Positions 44,672-56,170 of a stretch of DNA of 64,000 bases are shown piece by piece. Source of the DNA: Candidatus Omnitrophota bacterium. Its GTDB lineage: Bacteria; Omnitrophota; Gorgyraeia; Duberdicusellales; 4484-171. Made by a program: the position numbers and the translations under genes. Location of the stretch: NCBI GenBank assembly GCA_037146775.1, contig JBAWWL010000001.1, positions 325,464 to 389,463 on the forward strand, given 5' to 3'. How positions within the stretch are numbered: the first letter of the stretch is position 1; each line of letters begins with the position of its first letter. The notes under the pieces were generated by a model. It was not told where the DNA came from. It worked only from the letters and a program-made list of their open reading frames with translations, and did no database searches.

Positions 44672-47254
44672 ATGAACTTAGAAAATTTTACCCTAAAAGC
44701 ACAGGAAGCCATTACTAGGGCGGTTGCGATAGCTAAAGAGTATCACCAGCAAATACTTTTGCCGGAGCATATTTTAGCTGCCTTACTTGAAGATTCCCGG
44801 GGTATTGCTCGGGAAATCTTTGGCAAAATAGCGGTAGATACTCGGGATATAGGCGGCAAAGCCCAGGAGTTTCTCAAGAATCAGCCTAAGGTGTATGGCC
44901 AGAGCAAAGAAGTGCAGGCTGCTGGTCGCTCGGTGGATGTGTTAAATGATGCTAAGCGTTACGCAAAAGATTTTGGCGACGAATATGTGAGCTCCGAACA
45001 TCTTTTGTTGGCGATAGTTAAAGATCGAAGCGGTTTCCTGTATGAATATTTTTCCAAGCAAGGTATAGCTTTTGACGATGTGCTGCGTATTGTTAAAGAA
45101 GTGCGTTCCGGGCATCAGGCAGATTCGGCATCTGCCGAAGACACTTACCGGGCATTAGAAAAGTTTGGCAAAGATTTAACTGAGCTGGCTAAAAAAGGAA
45201 AACTCGATCCGGTTATAGGCAGAGACCAGGAAATTCGTCGTCTTATCCAGGTTCTGAGTCGAAGAACAAAAAATAACCCCGTTTTAATCGGTGAACCTGG
45301 TGTAGGGAAGACTGCTATAGCCGAAGGCCTGGCCCAGCGTATTTCTCTCGGCGATGTTCCGGAAGGCTTAAAAGACAAGAAAATTATTGCGTTAGACCTT
45401 GGTGGCCTTGTGGCCGGCACGAAATTCCGCGGTGAATTCGAAGAACGCCTCAAAGCGGTATTAAAAGAGGTCGAAGCCAAGGAAGGGGAAATCATTCTTT
45501 TTATCGACGAACTGCATCTTTTGGTCGGCGCAGGAGCTGCCGAGGGGGCAGTCAGTGCGGCGAATATGTTAAAGCCGGCATTGGCTAAAGGTATATTACG
45601 TTGTATTGGCGCAACCACGCTTGATGAATACCGTAAATATATCGAGAAAGACGCAGCGCTTGAGCGCAGATTTCAGCCTGTGATGGTTGAGGAGCCTAGC
45701 GTAGAACAAACTATCGCCATCCTAAGAGGCTTAAAAGAAAAATACGAGGTTCATCACGGTATACGCCTGAAAGATTCTGCCATCATAGCGGCGGCGGTAT
45801 TGTCCGACCGTTATATTAGCGAGCGTTTCTTACCCGATAAAGCTATCGATCTGATTGATGAGGCAGCGTCAAAATTACGTATTGAGATTGACTCAAAGCC
45901 TGAAGAGGTAGATAAGCTTGAGCGTAAGATCGTGGAATTGGAAATCCAGAAACAGGCTTTGATAAAAGAAAAGGATGAGGCCGGGAAGGAACGGTTCAAG
46001 AAAGTAGAAGAAGAAATCGGTCAGCTTTCAAGAGAGCTGAACGCATATAAAGAGCATTGGCAGAAAGAAAAAGAGCTGATTACAAAAATACGTAAAGCAA
46101 AAGAAGAAATCGAAGCGCTTAAATTAGCTTCTGTAGAATTACAAAAAGAAGCTCAGCTTGATAAGGTTGCCGAGATACGTTATGGCAAGGTTCCTAAGCT
46201 CAGTAAAGAAGTGGATGAGTTGAACAAGGAACTTATAAAGCTGCAGAAAAAAGACAAAATGCTTAAAGAGGAAGTCGACGAAGAGGATATCGCGGAAATT
46301 GTCAGTCGCTGGACAGGTGTTCCGGTCTCGCGCTTGATGGAAGAAGAGGTCGCAAAATTAGTGCGTATGGAAGATGAATTAAGAAAGCGGGTGGTGGGCC
46401 AAGACAATGCGATTAAGGTAATCTCAGACTGTATCCGCAGGTCCCGTTCCGGCTTGGCAGACCCGGCGCATCCTCTTGGTTCTTTCATTTTTCTGGGACC
46501 GACCGGTGTCGGCAAAACCGAGTTGGCAAAAGCTTTGGCCTGGTTTTTGTTCAACAGCGAACACAATTTGATCAGGATCGACATGAGTGAGTATATGGAA
46601 AAATTTTCTGTGTCGCGCTTGCTCGGTGCGCCTCCCGGCTACGTCGGTTATGATGAGGGAGGGCAATTGACCGAACAGGTGAGAAGAAAACCATACGCAG
46701 TGGTGCTTTTCGATGAGATTGAAAAAGCACATCCAGATGTGTTTAATGTGCTGCTGCAAGTGCTTGATGACGGCCGCTTAACCGATTCGCAGGGCCGGAT
46801 CGTGAATTTCAAAAATACGGTCATTATTATGACCTCCAACATTGGCAGTGAATATTTTAATGATCCTACTATGTATCAGAAGGGCATAGAAGAGAAGATC
46901 AGGGTAGAGCTAAAGAAGTATTTCCGTCCGGAATTCATTAACCGGTTAGATGAAATTATTATCTTTAACCAACTGGATCTGGAAGCAATTAAACATATTG
47001 TGGATATTCAGGTGGATATCCTAAAAGAAAGATTGAAAGATAGAAAAATAGCGGTAGAATTAACTCCAAAAGCTCGAGAATTTATCGCCGAGAAAGGTTA
47101 TAGTCCCGAATATGGCGCACGGCCGCTCAAGCGAACTATCCAGAAGTTGATCGTTGATCCTTTGAGTGTTAAACTGATCAGTGCAGAATTTATCGATAAT
47201 GACACTGTCATTGTTGACGTTCAGAATAAAGAAATTAGTTTTAGAAAGAAGTAA
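44672..47254 (+). CDS. clpB: ATP-dependent chaperone ClpB
   Basis: two AAA+ modules '[15 protein letters not shown]' and '[15 protein letters not shown]', with a coiled-coil middle domain. Confidence 0.95.
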   Translation: MNLENFTLKAQEAITRAVAIAKEYHQQILLPEHILAALLEDSRGIAREIFGKIAVDTRDIGGKAQEFLKNQPKVYGQSKEVQAAGRSVDVLNDAKRYAKDFGDEYVSSEHLLLAIVKDRSGFLYEYFSKQGIAFDDVLRIVKEVRSGHQADSASAEDTYRALEKFGKDLTELAKKGKLDPVIGRDQEIRRLIQVLSRRTKNNPVLIGEPGVGKTAIAEGLAQRISLGDVPEGLKDKKIIALDLGGLVAGTKFRGEFEERLKAVLKEVEAKEGEIILFIDELHLLVGAGAAEGAVSAANMLKPALAKGILRCIGATTLDEYRKYIEKDAALERRFQPVMVEEPSVEQTIAILRGLKEKYEVHHGIRLKDSAIIAAAVLSDRYISERFLPDKAIDLIDEAASKLRIEIDSKPEEVDKLERKIVELEIQKQALIKEKDEAGKERFKKVEEEIGQLSRELNAYKEHWQKEKELITKIRKAKEEIEALKLASVELQKEAQLDKVAEIRYGKVPKLSKEVDELNKELIKLQKKDKMLKEEVDEEDIAEIVSRWTGVPVSRLMEEEVAKLVRMEDELRKRVVGQDNAIKVISDCIRRSRSGLADPAHPLGSFIFLGPTGVGKTELAKALAWFLFNSEHNLIRIDMSEYMEKFSVSRLLGAPPGYVGYDEGGQLTEQVRRKPYAVVLFDEIEKAHPDVFNVLLQVLDDGRLTDSQGRIVNFKNTVIIMTSNIGSEYFNDPTMYQKGIEEKIRVELKKYFRPEFINRLDEIIIFNQLDLEAIKHIVDIQVDILKERLKDRKIAVELTPKAREFIAEKGYSPEYGARPLKRTIQKLIVDPLSVKLISAEFIDNDTVIVDVQNKEISFRKK

Positions 47255-47266
47255 GAAAGGAGAGCT

Positions 47267-47605
47267 ATGCGAGTTGAGGTGACGTATAAGAATGTAGAGA
47301 AAAGCGAATTTCTGGAAAATGTAATTGATAAGGATTTAGAAAAGATAGGGCGAAGGATCCAGATGTTTCGAGAAAATGACCCGATACATATTACCGTGCA
47401 TCTTGAAAAGAGCCAGCATTGCGAAGAATATCTCTGTAATTCCCATATTTATCTGCCCAAGCGAGTTTTGAGGGCAGATAGCCGCGAAAGTAATATGGCT
47501 ACAGCGATCAACAAAGCATTTGCTGCGTTAGCGAAACAGTTAGAGAAGCTTAAATGTAAAGTTGAAGCGCATCTAAAAAGAAGAGATACCCGGCAAACCC
47601 GTTAA
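47267..47605 (+). CDS. hpf: ribosome hibernation-promoting factor (HPF/RaiA family)
   Basis: 'MRVEVTYKNVEKSEFLENVIDKDLEKIGR...IHITVHLEK...ATAINKAFAALAKQLEKLKCK'. Confidence 0.65.
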   Translation: MRVEVTYKNVEKSEFLENVIDKDLEKIGRRIQMFRENDPIHITVHLEKSQHCEEYLCNSHIYLPKRVLRADSRESNMATAINKAFAALAKQLEKLKCKVEAHLKRRDTRQTR

Positions 47606-47745
47606 GATTGCTTGCTTAAAGCTTGTTGCATTCAAAAAGCTTCATAGCCAGGGAAAACTTAAGAAACCAAAACTTGACTATAAAAACTTTATATGTTAAT
47701 ATTTTTGGCACTCTCCAGCTATATTTGCTAAACATGAGGTAATAT

Positions 47746-48483
47746 ATGGTAAGAAGCTTAGATACCAGAGAACGCGAAACGGAAATTTTAAATTTAATAG
47801 TGGACAGTTATATTAGGGAGTCTAAGCCCATAAGCTCAAGTCATCTGTGCCAGCAATACCATCTTCCTTATTCCTCGGCAACGGTGCGCAATGTCATGGA
47901 GAACCTCGAACAAAAAGGTTTTCTTTCTCACATACATACTTCTTCGGGCAGGGTTCCTACGAGAGCCGGTTTTAAATATTATGTAGAGCACCTAAAAGAA
48001 GATGAAATGGCCAAGGATTATCCTATAGTATTTGATTTTGAGACAGAAATAGCCGATATCAACGGAGTCATCAACCATGCCTTAAACATTCTTGCTCAAA
48101 GCAGCGGTTACACGTCTTTTTTGGCTCTAGCCGGCCGCGACGAAAAATTATTTTTTCGCGGCGCACGTTTTATGCTTGAACAACCGGAATTTGAAGACAT
48201 GCATAGACTGAAAAACGTATTTTACGCTTTGGAAATGAAATTGTCACAGCTACAGGATTTGCTATCGCACTATTTTAATAATGGCATAAAAATCCTTGTA
48301 GGCGACGAAATAGGTTTCGCGGAGATTTCCGATTGTTCTTTAGTGGTCTCTGGTTCAAGCGACGATCGATTCTCTTTTACGCTTGCATTGCTTGGCCCGA
48401 TGCGGATGGATTATGTTAAGGCTGCGTCGTGCCTTTATACGACAAAGAGGCAGTTTAGAGAAGTCATGGAAAGTTATCTATGA
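47746..48483 (+). CDS. hrcA: heat-inducible transcription repressor HrcA
   Basis: 'RETEILNLIVDSYIRESKPISSSHLCQQY...SSATVRNVMENLEQKGFLSHIHTSSGRVPTRAGFKYYV'. Confidence 0.85.
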   Translation: MVRSLDTRERETEILNLIVDSYIRESKPISSSHLCQQYHLPYSSATVRNVMENLEQKGFLSHIHTSSGRVPTRAGFKYYVEHLKEDEMAKDYPIVFDFETEIADINGVINHALNILAQSSGYTSFLALAGRDEKLFFRGARFMLEQPEFEDMHRLKNVFYALEMKLSQLQDLLSHYFNNGIKILVGDEIGFAEISDCSLVVSGSSDDRFSFTLALLGPMRMDYVKAASCLYTTKRQFREVMESYL

Positions 48484-49115
48484 GCGAACACGATAAAAAT
48501 AACGCGAAAGAACCGTTGCCGGAAGAAGTTGTAGAAAAACTTCAGCAAGAAGGCAATAAAGAACAAACTGAGGCGCCCGGAGAAGATTATCAGGCTCTCT
48601 GGAACAAATACGTACGTGCGTGCGCTGATTTTTCCAATGCCCGTAAGCGTTGGGACAGGGAAAAGGAAGATATTGTTAAATTTTCCAACTCTTCTTTGAT
48701 GCGGGATCTTTTAATAATACTTGATGAAACAGAGCAGGCGTTGAAGATGGCAGCAACGCATCATAGCAGCGAAGATATTCTCAAAGGTTTAGAGATGACC
48801 TATAATAATTTTATCGGTGTGCTCAAAAAAAGAGGTTTGCAGGCGATTACGGCAGTAGGAAAAGATTTTGATCCGCATTTTCATGAAATTATTGCGACTA
48901 AAGAAGTAGACTCCAATATTTCAAAACCAGTTGTGCTTGAAGAAATTCAGAAGGGTTACTTGTTCGAAGATAAAGTTTTGAGGTCGGCGAAGGTAATTGT
49001 GGGGATACAGAGAGAAGAACAAAAGGCAGATAACAAAGAACAGAAGGCAGATAGTAAAGGGCAAAAGACGGATAATAAAGGTCAGAAGGCAGAAAAATCT
49101 GATTCCGGACTCTGA
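48480..49115 (+). CDS. grpE: nucleotide exchange factor GrpE
   Basis: 'DFSNARKRWDREKED', 'LLIILDETEQAL', 'GKDFDPHFHEIIA', 'QKGYLFEDKVLRSAKVIVG'. Confidence 0.8.
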   Translation: MSEHDKNNAKEPLPEEVVEKLQQEGNKEQTEAPGEDYQALWNKYVRACADFSNARKRWDREKEDIVKFSNSSLMRDLLIILDETEQALKMAATHHSSEDILKGLEMTYNNFIGVLKKRGLQAITAVGKDFDPHFHEIIATKEVDSNISKPVVLEEIQKGYLFEDKVLRSAKVIVGIQREEQKADNKEQKADSKGQKTDNKGQKAEKSDSGL

Positions 49116-49250
49116 CCTCTGGCTACCGACATCTGATTTCCGAAAATAGACATCCTATAAAGATCAGGATGTTTTGATTTGAGAAGATTAGGGGCAAGAT
49201 TGCGCAGATTGTTTTAGAGAGAATTCTGTATAGAACGTTTAGAAACTTTT

Positions 49251-49286
49251 AATCTGTGTAATCGGTTTTAAATCAGTGTAATCAGG
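49251..49286. promoter_or_regulatory. two direct copies of AATC(T/A)GTGTAATC(G/A)G spaced 20 nt apart, immediately upstream of a TATAAT and an 8-bp inverted repeat in front of dnaK
   Basis: 'aatctgtgtaatcgg' at 49251; 'aatcagtgtaatcagg' at 49271; TATAAT at 49287; IR 'ggtataat/attatacc' at 49285..49308. Confidence 0.35.
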
Positions 49287-49332
49287 TATAATCCTACTAA
49301 ATTATACCTGAAGATTATACCAGGAGGTTGCT

Positions 49333-51258
49333 ATGGCACGTGTAATAGGTATTGATTTAGGAACTTCAAATTCTGCGGCAGCAGTTATGGAAGGAGACAG
49401 GCCGGTGATTATTCCTTCTGCCGAAGGTGCTGGTGTGGCCAGCGGTAAAGCATTCCCTTCCTTTGTTGCGTTTACAAAAGATGGCCAACGATTGGTGGGT
49501 GAGCCGGCCAAGCGACAAGCCTCTATAAACCCGGAAGGAACTATATATGCCGCAAAACGTAAAATGGGTACTGATTATAAATTCCAAGTTCACGGCAAAG
49601 AATATACGCCGCAGCAAATTTCCGCGTTCATTTTGCAAAAAATCAAACAGGACGCCGAAGGCTATTTAGGCGATAAGATCGAGGAAGCTGTCATTACCTG
49701 TCCGGCATATTTTGATGATAACCAGCGGCAAGCCACAAAAGATGCCGGTGAAATAGCCGGGTTAAAAGTGCTGCGTATTATTAATGAACCTACCGCAGCT
49801 TGTCTTGCTTATGGTTTAGAGAAGGCGGGCAAAGAATTAAAAATTTTGGTATTTGATTTTGGCGGCGGAACGCTCGATGTCACAATTATGGAAATGTGGA
49901 AAGAGGGTGGTTTTAAGGTTATCTCGACCAACGGCGATACTCAGCTGGGTGGAACCGACATGGATAACGTCATGATTGATTATGTCGCGAAAGAATTTAA
50001 GCGCGATACCGGTATAGATATTAAGAATGACAAAATGGCTATGCAACGTGTTCGTGAGGCGGCAGAAAAAGCAAAGGTTGAACTTTCGAGTACCTTGACC
50101 ACAGATATTAATCTTCCTTTTATTACCGCAGACGCTTCCGGGCCGAAACATTTAACTATGTCGATTAATCGAGCTAAGCTCGAAGAATTGGTGGGGCCGA
50201 TCATTGATCGTTGTCGCGGTCCTCTGGAACGTGCGTTGGCAGACGCTAAGGTAACCTTTGAAAAAGAAGGGGTAAAATTCGACGATAAAGATGTTGATAA
50301 GATCATCATGGTTGGCGGTCCAACCCGCATGCCGATTGTTCAGAAGTTCGTTGAAGATTATTTCGGTAAAAAAATTGAGCGCGGAGTGGATCCGATGGAA
50401 TGCGTTGCGCTCGGTGCGGCAATCCAGGCAGCTATTATCAAGGGCGACGTAAAAGATGTGTTACTTTTGGATGTCACGCCGCTATCTCTGGGTATTGAAA
50501 CGCTCGGCGGAGTTAATACTAAACTTATTGAGCGTAATACCACCATCCCGACCAGAAAAAGCCAGATTTTTTCAACCGCGGCAGATAATCAAACTGCGGT
50601 TACCATCAGGGTATTGCAGGGAGAAAGGGCGATGGCTGATGACAGTGTGGAGCTGGGTAGATTTAATTTAGAAGATATACCGCCTGCGCCGCGCGGTTTA
50701 CCGCAGATTGAAGTAACTTTTGACATTGACGCCAATGGTATAGTTCACGTTTCCGCTAAAGACAAAGGAACCGGGAAAGAGCAGTCGATAAAGATCACCG
50801 CTCCGCATAAACTGTCTAAGGAAGAAATTGATAAAATGGTTCACAATGCAGAAAAATTTGCTTCCGAAGACGTTAAGAGAAAAGAGCAAGTTGAGGTCAT
50901 AAACCAGGCGGATAATCTGGTTTACGCTACCGAGAAATCTTTAAAAGACTATGGTGACAAGGTCAGCCAGGGGGAACGTGCGAACATCGAATCAAAAATT
51001 AATGAACTTAAGACCGCGATTAAAGACAAAAATACCGAGCGTATTAAAAAAGAAATAGAAGAGTTAGGCAAAGTTTCGCACAAGTTAGCGGAGGAGATTT
51101 ACAAACAGGCAGCGCAAAAACAGCAGCAGCAAGGTTCTCAGGCCGGTCCTCAAGAGCAGAAAACGGCAGAGGGTGCGCAGAAGGCAGAAGAAGAGCCAAA
51201 AGCGAACAAGGAAGACATTATAGACGCGGACTTCAAAGAAGAAGACGGGAAAAAATAA
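49333..51258 (+). CDS. dnaK: molecular chaperone DnaK (Hsp70)
   Basis: '[10 protein letters not shown]', 'DLGGGTLDV' and other Hsp70 motifs read along the full length. Confidence 0.97.
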   Translation: MARVIGIDLGTSNSAAAVMEGDRPVIIPSAEGAGVASGKAFPSFVAFTKDGQRLVGEPAKRQASINPEGTIYAAKRKMGTDYKFQVHGKEYTPQQISAFILQKIKQDAEGYLGDKIEEAVITCPAYFDDNQRQATKDAGEIAGLKVLRIINEPTAACLAYGLEKAGKELKILVFDFGGGTLDVTIMEMWKEGGFKVISTNGDTQLGGTDMDNVMIDYVAKEFKRDTGIDIKNDKMAMQRVREAAEKAKVELSSTLTTDINLPFITADASGPKHLTMSINRAKLEELVGPIIDRCRGPLERALADAKVTFEKEGVKFDDKDVDKIIMVGGPTRMPIVQKFVEDYFGKKIERGVDPMECVALGAAIQAAIIKGDVKDVLLLDVTPLSLGIETLGGVNTKLIERNTTIPTRKSQIFSTAADNQTAVTIRVLQGERAMADDSVELGRFNLEDIPPAPRGLPQIEVTFDIDANGIVHVSAKDKGTGKEQSIKITAPHKLSKEEIDKMVHNAEKFASEDVKRKEQVEVINQADNLVYATEKSLKDYGDKVSQGERANIESKINELKTAIKDKNTERIKKEIEELGKVSHKLAEEIYKQAAQKQQQQGSQAGPQEQKTAEGAQKAEEEPKANKEDIIDADFKEEDGKK

Positions 51259-51292
51259 AAAAGCAAATATCAGAAAATTTGATTTTTGCATT

Positions 51293-51472
51293 TTAATCGA
51301 CGCGCAGATAACCCTGGCAAAGCCAGGGTTAAAATGCGCCAAAGATTATCCCGACGAGGTTGCGGGAAATTGTCGAAGAGAATTTCCCGCATATTCAGCC
51401 GAGTCGGGAATATCCAGAGAAACCACGGGCTTTAGTCCAACAGGCCGAAGGCCTGGTGGATAGTCCGCGGAG
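51293..51472. repeat. structured intergenic repeat, copy B (180 nt), filling the dnaK-dnaJ spacer
   Basis: near-identical to copy A; the hairpin loop at 51372..51380 is the exact reverse complement of the copy-A loop; ends in a T-rich tract. Confidence 0.6.
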
Positions 51473-51488
51473 GTTCATTTTTTAAATT

Positions 51489-52616
51489 TTGAGAACTATG
51501 AGTACGCAAAGAGATTATTACGAAATTTTGGGTGTTCAGAAAACTGCTTCCGTTGAGGATATCAAAAAAGCATATCGGCAGTTGGTAATGCAGTTCCATC
51601 CGGACAGGGTAGCCCCGGAAAAGAAAAAAGAAGCGGAAGAGAGATTCAAAGAAATTTCCGAGGCCTATGCGGTTTTGAGTGACCCGCAAAAGAAGGAATT
51701 ATATGACCGTTATGGCCATGCCGGAGTGGATGCTCGTTATACGCAGGAAGATATTTTTAAAGGAACCAATTTTTCCGATATTTTCCGAGATCTTGGCGGT
51801 GGTGGTAGTTCGGGGTCTGGCATTTTTGATGAATTCTTTTCGGATCTTGGTTTTGATGTTTTCGGTTCCGGAGGCTCTCGTCGTGGCCAACGCCATCGGG
51901 GCGGAGAAGATGTCCATTATGAAATGGCGATTAGCCTGGAGGAAGCGTATTCCGGTTTAGAAAAAGAGCTTTCTTTCTATCGCTATGAAAATTGTCATCA
52001 GTGTAACGGAAGCGGCGCACAGCCCGGTTCCAAAAAAGAAGCCTGTCCTACCTGCCGAGGCCGGGGTGTGGTTACCAGCGGCATGGGGTTTATCAGTTTT
52101 TCTCAAACTTGTCCTTCCTGCAGGGGTGAGGGGGCTATCGCGAAGAACCGTTGCTCTAAGTGTTCCGGCGAAGGAAGAATCAAGGTAAAGAAAAACATTA
52201 AAGTTACTATCCCCTCCGGAGTTGATACGGGTTCGGTGTTGCGTTTAAGAGACGAAGGAAACTTCGGCCCGGGCGGCTACGGAGATTTATATCTGCATAT
52301 AGAAGTTAAGCCCCATTATTTGTTTGTGCGAGAAGGTGATATTGTTACCTGTAAAGTAAAAATAAGTGTTTTCAAAGCGCTTTTGGGCACAGAGATAGAA
52401 GTGCCGACGTTAAGCGGAAACGTAAAAATGGCTATTCCCGGCGGCACACAGCCGAATTCCACTTTTCGGCTTAAAGGCAAGGGTATGCCGAATTTACGCA
52501 CTAAAAGAGCAGGGGATGAATTAGTGGAAGTAGAAGTTGAAATTACTAAAAAGTTATCTACGCAGGAACGAAGCGTTCTCTTGGAATTGGCGAAAGAACG
52601 CGGAGAAAGTGTTTAG
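51489..52616 (+). CDS. dnaJ: co-chaperone DnaJ
   Basis: J-domain 'DYYEILGV...HPD'; G/F region; four CxxCxGxG zinc-finger repeats. Confidence 0.95.
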   Translation: MRTMSTQRDYYEILGVQKTASVEDIKKAYRQLVMQFHPDRVAPEKKKEAEERFKEISEAYAVLSDPQKKELYDRYGHAGVDARYTQEDIFKGTNFSDIFRDLGGGGSSGSGIFDEFFSDLGFDVFGSGGSRRGQRHRGGEDVHYEMAISLEEAYSGLEKELSFYRYENCHQCNGSGAQPGSKKEACPTCRGRGVVTSGMGFISFSQTCPSCRGEGAIAKNRCSKCSGEGRIKVKKNIKVTIPSGVDTGSVLRLRDEGNFGPGGYGDLYLHIEVKPHYLFVREGDIVTCKVKISVFKALLGTEIEVPTLSGNVKMAIPGGTQPNSTFRLKGKGMPNLRTKRAGDELVEVEVEITKKLSTQERSVLLELAKERGESV

Positions 52617-52668
52617 AAAATAAAGAAAAAAATACTTGTTGTAATTTCCGGTATACAAAAGGAGTGTC

Positions 52669-52905
52669 ATGCCAACCTACGACTATGAATGTCAAAAGTG
52701 CGGTAAGCGTACCGAGGTGTTTCATAAAATGAGCGAAACGTCGCTCAAGGCGTGCCCTGCCTGCAAGGGCAAGTTGAAAAAAATGATCAGCGCGGGTAGT
52801 GGATTGATATTTAAGGGGAGTGGTTTTTATATTACCGATTATAAAAAAAATAGATCAGGCGATACCAAAGAGAAACCTGCCTCCAAGAGCGCACATAAAA
52901 AATAA
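52669..52905 (+). CDS. FmdB-family zinc-ribbon protein
   Basis: 'MPTYDYECQKCGKRTEVF...CPACKG'. Confidence 0.7.
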   Translation: MPTYDYECQKCGKRTEVFHKMSETSLKACPACKGKLKKMISAGSGLIFKGSGFYITDYKKNRSGDTKEKPASKSAHKK

Positions 52906-54104
52906 TGGCACACACCATAAAACCTTTTCAGGCTACTTACTACAACCCGTCTCTAATAAAAAATTCTTCGCTTGTTACTTGCCCTCCTTATGACGTGATT
53001 GACGAGCATCAGGCAGAGGCATTGCGTCGAAAATCCCCTTATAATTTTTGTCGCATATTGCTTGCGTTGGGCGGAGACTATAAGGCGCTCGGGCGGACTT
53101 TTCGATCGTGGCTTAAGGAAAAAGTACTCGTTGACGATATTGACGAGGCCTTATATCTTTACGAGCAACGTTTTATCGTAGAAGGAAAGCGGTGCCAGCG
53201 ATTCGGCATTTTGTCGCTTTTGGATATGGTGGGAAAAAACTCGATTTTTCCTCATGAATATACTTTGAAAGCTCCCAAAGAAGACCGCAAAAAAATAATC
53301 AGAGAAATGAAGGCGAATTTAAGCCCTATTTTTGTAATTGCGGCCAAGCCTATACCATACTTGCGCACACTCCATGGCTTATATGCGAAGCGCAAGCCTT
53401 TTATGGAATTTAAAGACTTGGACGGTAACGCAAATATTATCTGGAAAATTGATGATAAAAAACATATTGAACAGATTTGCACAGCGGTTGATCGGGCGCA
53501 ATTAGTCATTGCCGATGGTCATCATCGTTTTGAGGTTGCGTACGGTTATTACAAGCGTAACCGAGGTCGTTTCAGACATTTAAATTATATTCTGGCGTAT
53601 ATTACCGATCCGCAGGACGGCTTGGTGATATTGCCAACACATCGAATTGTAACGGTACCTTCAACGACCGAAATGTTTCCTTCGAGCATTAAAGAGCATT
53701 TTTATGTCGAAAAGGTTAACGAGCGCCTTTTACATGAGAAGTTGAAAAAAAGCGGTGATTTTGCTTTTGGTATATATAACGGTACATTTTATTATCTTCG
53801 TTTGAAAGCCCCGCATATTTTAGATACAATGTTTAAGGGGTCAGCATATCGCGATCTTGATACGTATCTTATGCATCAATTCGTGTTTCCTTTGTATAAT
53901 ATTACCGGCGCAATACAATATACGCACAGTATACAAGAAGCAAAAAACATGGTTTGTGGAAACAAAGTTGCCTTTTTGCTGCGATCAACGCCGCTTGGCG
54001 CAATATTTAAGATCGCTAATCACGGTTCTCGGCTTCCGCAGAAATCAACGTATTTTTATCCGAAAGTTTCTTCCGGTATCGTGACGAGGAGATTTAAGGT
54101 TTGA
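52905..54104 (+). CDS. DUF1015-family protein
   Basis: N-terminal 'IKPFQATYYNP...VTCPPYDVIDE' matches the conserved DUF1015 signature. Confidence 0.5.
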   Translation: MAHTIKPFQATYYNPSLIKNSSLVTCPPYDVIDEHQAEALRRKSPYNFCRILLALGGDYKALGRTFRSWLKEKVLVDDIDEALYLYEQRFIVEGKRCQRFGILSLLDMVGKNSIFPHEYTLKAPKEDRKKIIREMKANLSPIFVIAAKPIPYLRTLHGLYAKRKPFMEFKDLDGNANIIWKIDDKKHIEQICTAVDRAQLVIADGHHRFEVAYGYYKRNRGRFRHLNYILAYITDPQDGLVILPTHRIVTVPSTTEMFPSSIKEHFYVEKVNERLLHEKLKKSGDFAFGIYNGTFYYLRLKAPHILDTMFKGSAYRDLDTYLMHQFVFPLYNITGAIQYTHSIQEAKNMVCGNKVAFLLRSTPLGAIFKIANHGSRLPQKSTYFYPKVSSGIVTRRFKV

Positions 54105-54940
54105 AGATATTTAAGAAGCCATTTCGCTATACTCTCGCCCGCAGGAGAAAAGAAATTCCCGACGGACTGTGGAGCAAGTGTTCCAGCTGTTCTCACCTTA
54201 TTTTTAATAAAATTTTGCACGAGAATTCCAAGGTCTGTCCTAAATGCAACTATCATTTTACTCTTACATGTTGGGAGAGAGTGGATCTTTTAACGGAAAA
54301 GGAAAGTTTTAAAGAATTTTATAAAGATATGGAATCGCTGGATCCTTTGAATTTTGCGGGGCCGAAATCTTATAAAGATAAATTAAAGGAAGAGACCGAA
54401 GCAACCGGCTTAAAAGATGCGGTAGTGGTGGGGGAAGCGAAGCTTGAAAAGAAAGTCATAGCTTTGGCGGTGACTGATTCCCGTTTTATCATGGGGTCGA
54501 TGGGCTCGGTTGTCGGCGAAAAGATTTCTCGTTTGATCGAGCATGCGATAGAAAAGAAATCGCCGGTAGTGATCGTTTCCGGTTCCGGCGGCGGGGCAAG
54601 AATGTATGAGGGGCTTTTAAGCCTGATGCAGATGGCGAAAACAAGCGGTGCGCTTGCGAATTTAAAAAAAGCAAATTTACCCTTTATTTCCATTTTGACG
54701 CATCCGACTATGGCCGGCGTGATGGCTTCGTTTGCGGGCTTGGGCGACGTTATTATCGCTGAGCCGGGCGCATTAATCGGTTTTACCGGGCCGCGAGTGA
54801 TCAAGCAGACAATAAAGCAGGATCTGCCAAAAGGGTTCCAGACATCCGAGTTTAACCTGGAGCATGGTATGATTGATATGGTGGTGCATCGGCGCGATCT
54901 TAAGTCGGTTGTGTCAAAACTCCTGTATTATTTGACTTGA
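54101..54940 (+). CDS. accD: acetyl-CoA carboxylase carboxyltransferase beta subunit
   Basis: N-terminal Zn-finger 'WSKCSSCSHL...KVCPKCNYH'; carboxyltransferase 'GGARMYEG'. Confidence 0.85.
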   Translation: MKIFKKPFRYTLARRRKEIPDGLWSKCSSCSHLIFNKILHENSKVCPKCNYHFTLTCWERVDLLTEKESFKEFYKDMESLDPLNFAGPKSYKDKLKEETEATGLKDAVVVGEAKLEKKVIALAVTDSRFIMGSMGSVVGEKISRLIEHAIEKKSPVVIVSGSGGGARMYEGLLSLMQMAKTSGALANLKKANLPFISILTHPTMAGVMASFAGLGDVIIAEPGALIGFTGPRVIKQTIKQDLPKGFQTSEFNLEHGMIDMVVHRRDLKSVVSKLLYYLT

Positions 54941-55066
54941 CATCATTAGCCTTTAAACATACAATTTTAGAACATGCGTTGAATTTTTGCGACAGTCTTG
55001 AACGCCTGTGAGTGTTTTGTGCGGCGATAACGGTCATAGCTTAAAGACAAAATTCTATAATTAATT

Positions 55067-56170
55067 ATGGCACAAGTAAGTTTGAAAAATGTAGTGAAAA
55101 CATATGATGGCGGAGTTCCTGCCGTCAAAAATGTCAGTCTCGGCGTAGAGAATAAAGAATTTCTGGTCTTACTTGGCCCTTCCGGTTGCGGGAAATCTAC
55201 GACGTTACGTATGATTGCCGGTCTTGAAGCTCCGACGAGCGGTGATATATACATTGCGGATAGGTGGGTTAATAACGTTCCGGCGAAAGACAGAAACATC
55301 GCGATGGTTTTTCAAAACTACGCTCTTTATCCACACATGAATGTGTATGACAATATGGCGTTTGCGTTGAAACTGAGAGGATACTCCAAGATTGATATAG
55401 GAAAACGGGTTAAGGAAGCGGCGCAGATATTGGGGATAATGCACCTTTTGGAAAGAAAGCCGCGCGAATTGTCCGGAGGAGAGAGGCAACGGGTTGCCGT
55501 GGGCAGAGCTATTGTGCGTAAACCCCTTGTATTTTTGTTTGATGAGCCTCTTAGTAACCTCGATGCAAAATTGCGCGTGCAAATGCGTACCGAAATTCAC
55601 AAACTTCACTTGAAGATTCAAACTACTATGATATATGTAACGCACGATCAAACTGAGGCGATGACGTTGGGCGATCGTATCGCTGTCATGAAAGACGGCA
55701 ATCTTCTTCAACTGGATACTCCTTTGAACGTATATAATAATCCGACGAGTAAATTCGTGGCCGGATTCATCGGTTCTCCGCCGATGAATTTTATGAAAGG
55801 AACGATCATCAAAAAAGAGAGCATTTTATATTTTGATGAAGGCAATTTTAAAACTAAGATACTTGAGGGAATGTATGACAAGCTGCGGCCGTATATTGGT
55901 AAAGAGATAATTTTTGGGATACGGCCGGAGAATATTTACGATAAACTGTTTGCGTCCCATTCTACCCCCGAGAATACCGTGACCGTGGTATGCGATGTGC
56001 TGGAAACTATGGGGTCGGAAAATTACGTGTACCTTTCGACCAATAAACATGTTTTTGTTGCAGTCGTTGATGCGGCTAACATCCCTACTATTGGGAGTAT
56101 GATAGAGGTTGTTTTGGATATGAAACGGGTCCACTTTTTCGACCCGGCGACTGAAAATACCATTGTATAA
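55067..56170 (+). CDS. ABC transporter ATP-binding protein (MalK/UgpC-like)
   Basis: Walker A 'GPSGCGKST', signature 'LSGGERQRV', Walker B 'LFDEPLSNLD'; C-terminal TOBE-like domain. Confidence 0.85.
   Translation: MAQVSLKNVVKTYDGGVPAVKNVSLGVENKEFLVLLGPSGCGKSTTLRMIAGLEAPTSGDIYIADRWVNNVPAKDRNIAMVFQNYALYPHMNVYDNMAFALKLRGYSKIDIGKRVKEAAQILGIMHLLERKPRELSGGERQRVAVGRAIVRKPLVFLFDEPLSNLDAKLRVQMRTEIHKLHLKIQTTMIYVTHDQTEAMTLGDRIAVMKDGNLLQLDTPLNVYNNPTSKFVAGFIGSPPMNFMKGTIIKKESILYFDEGNFKTKILEGMYDKLRPYIGKEIIFGIRPENIYDKLFASHSTPENTVTVVCDVLETMGSENYVYLSTNKHVFVAVVDAANIPTIGSMIEVVLDMKRVHFFDPATENTIV

Noticed and set aside
47705-47731. CIRCE-like sequence TTGGCACTC-N9-ATTTGCTAA upstream of hrcA
   Set aside because: It has four mismatches to the consensus, which is too degenerate to call. 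It is noted only as a possible weak operator.
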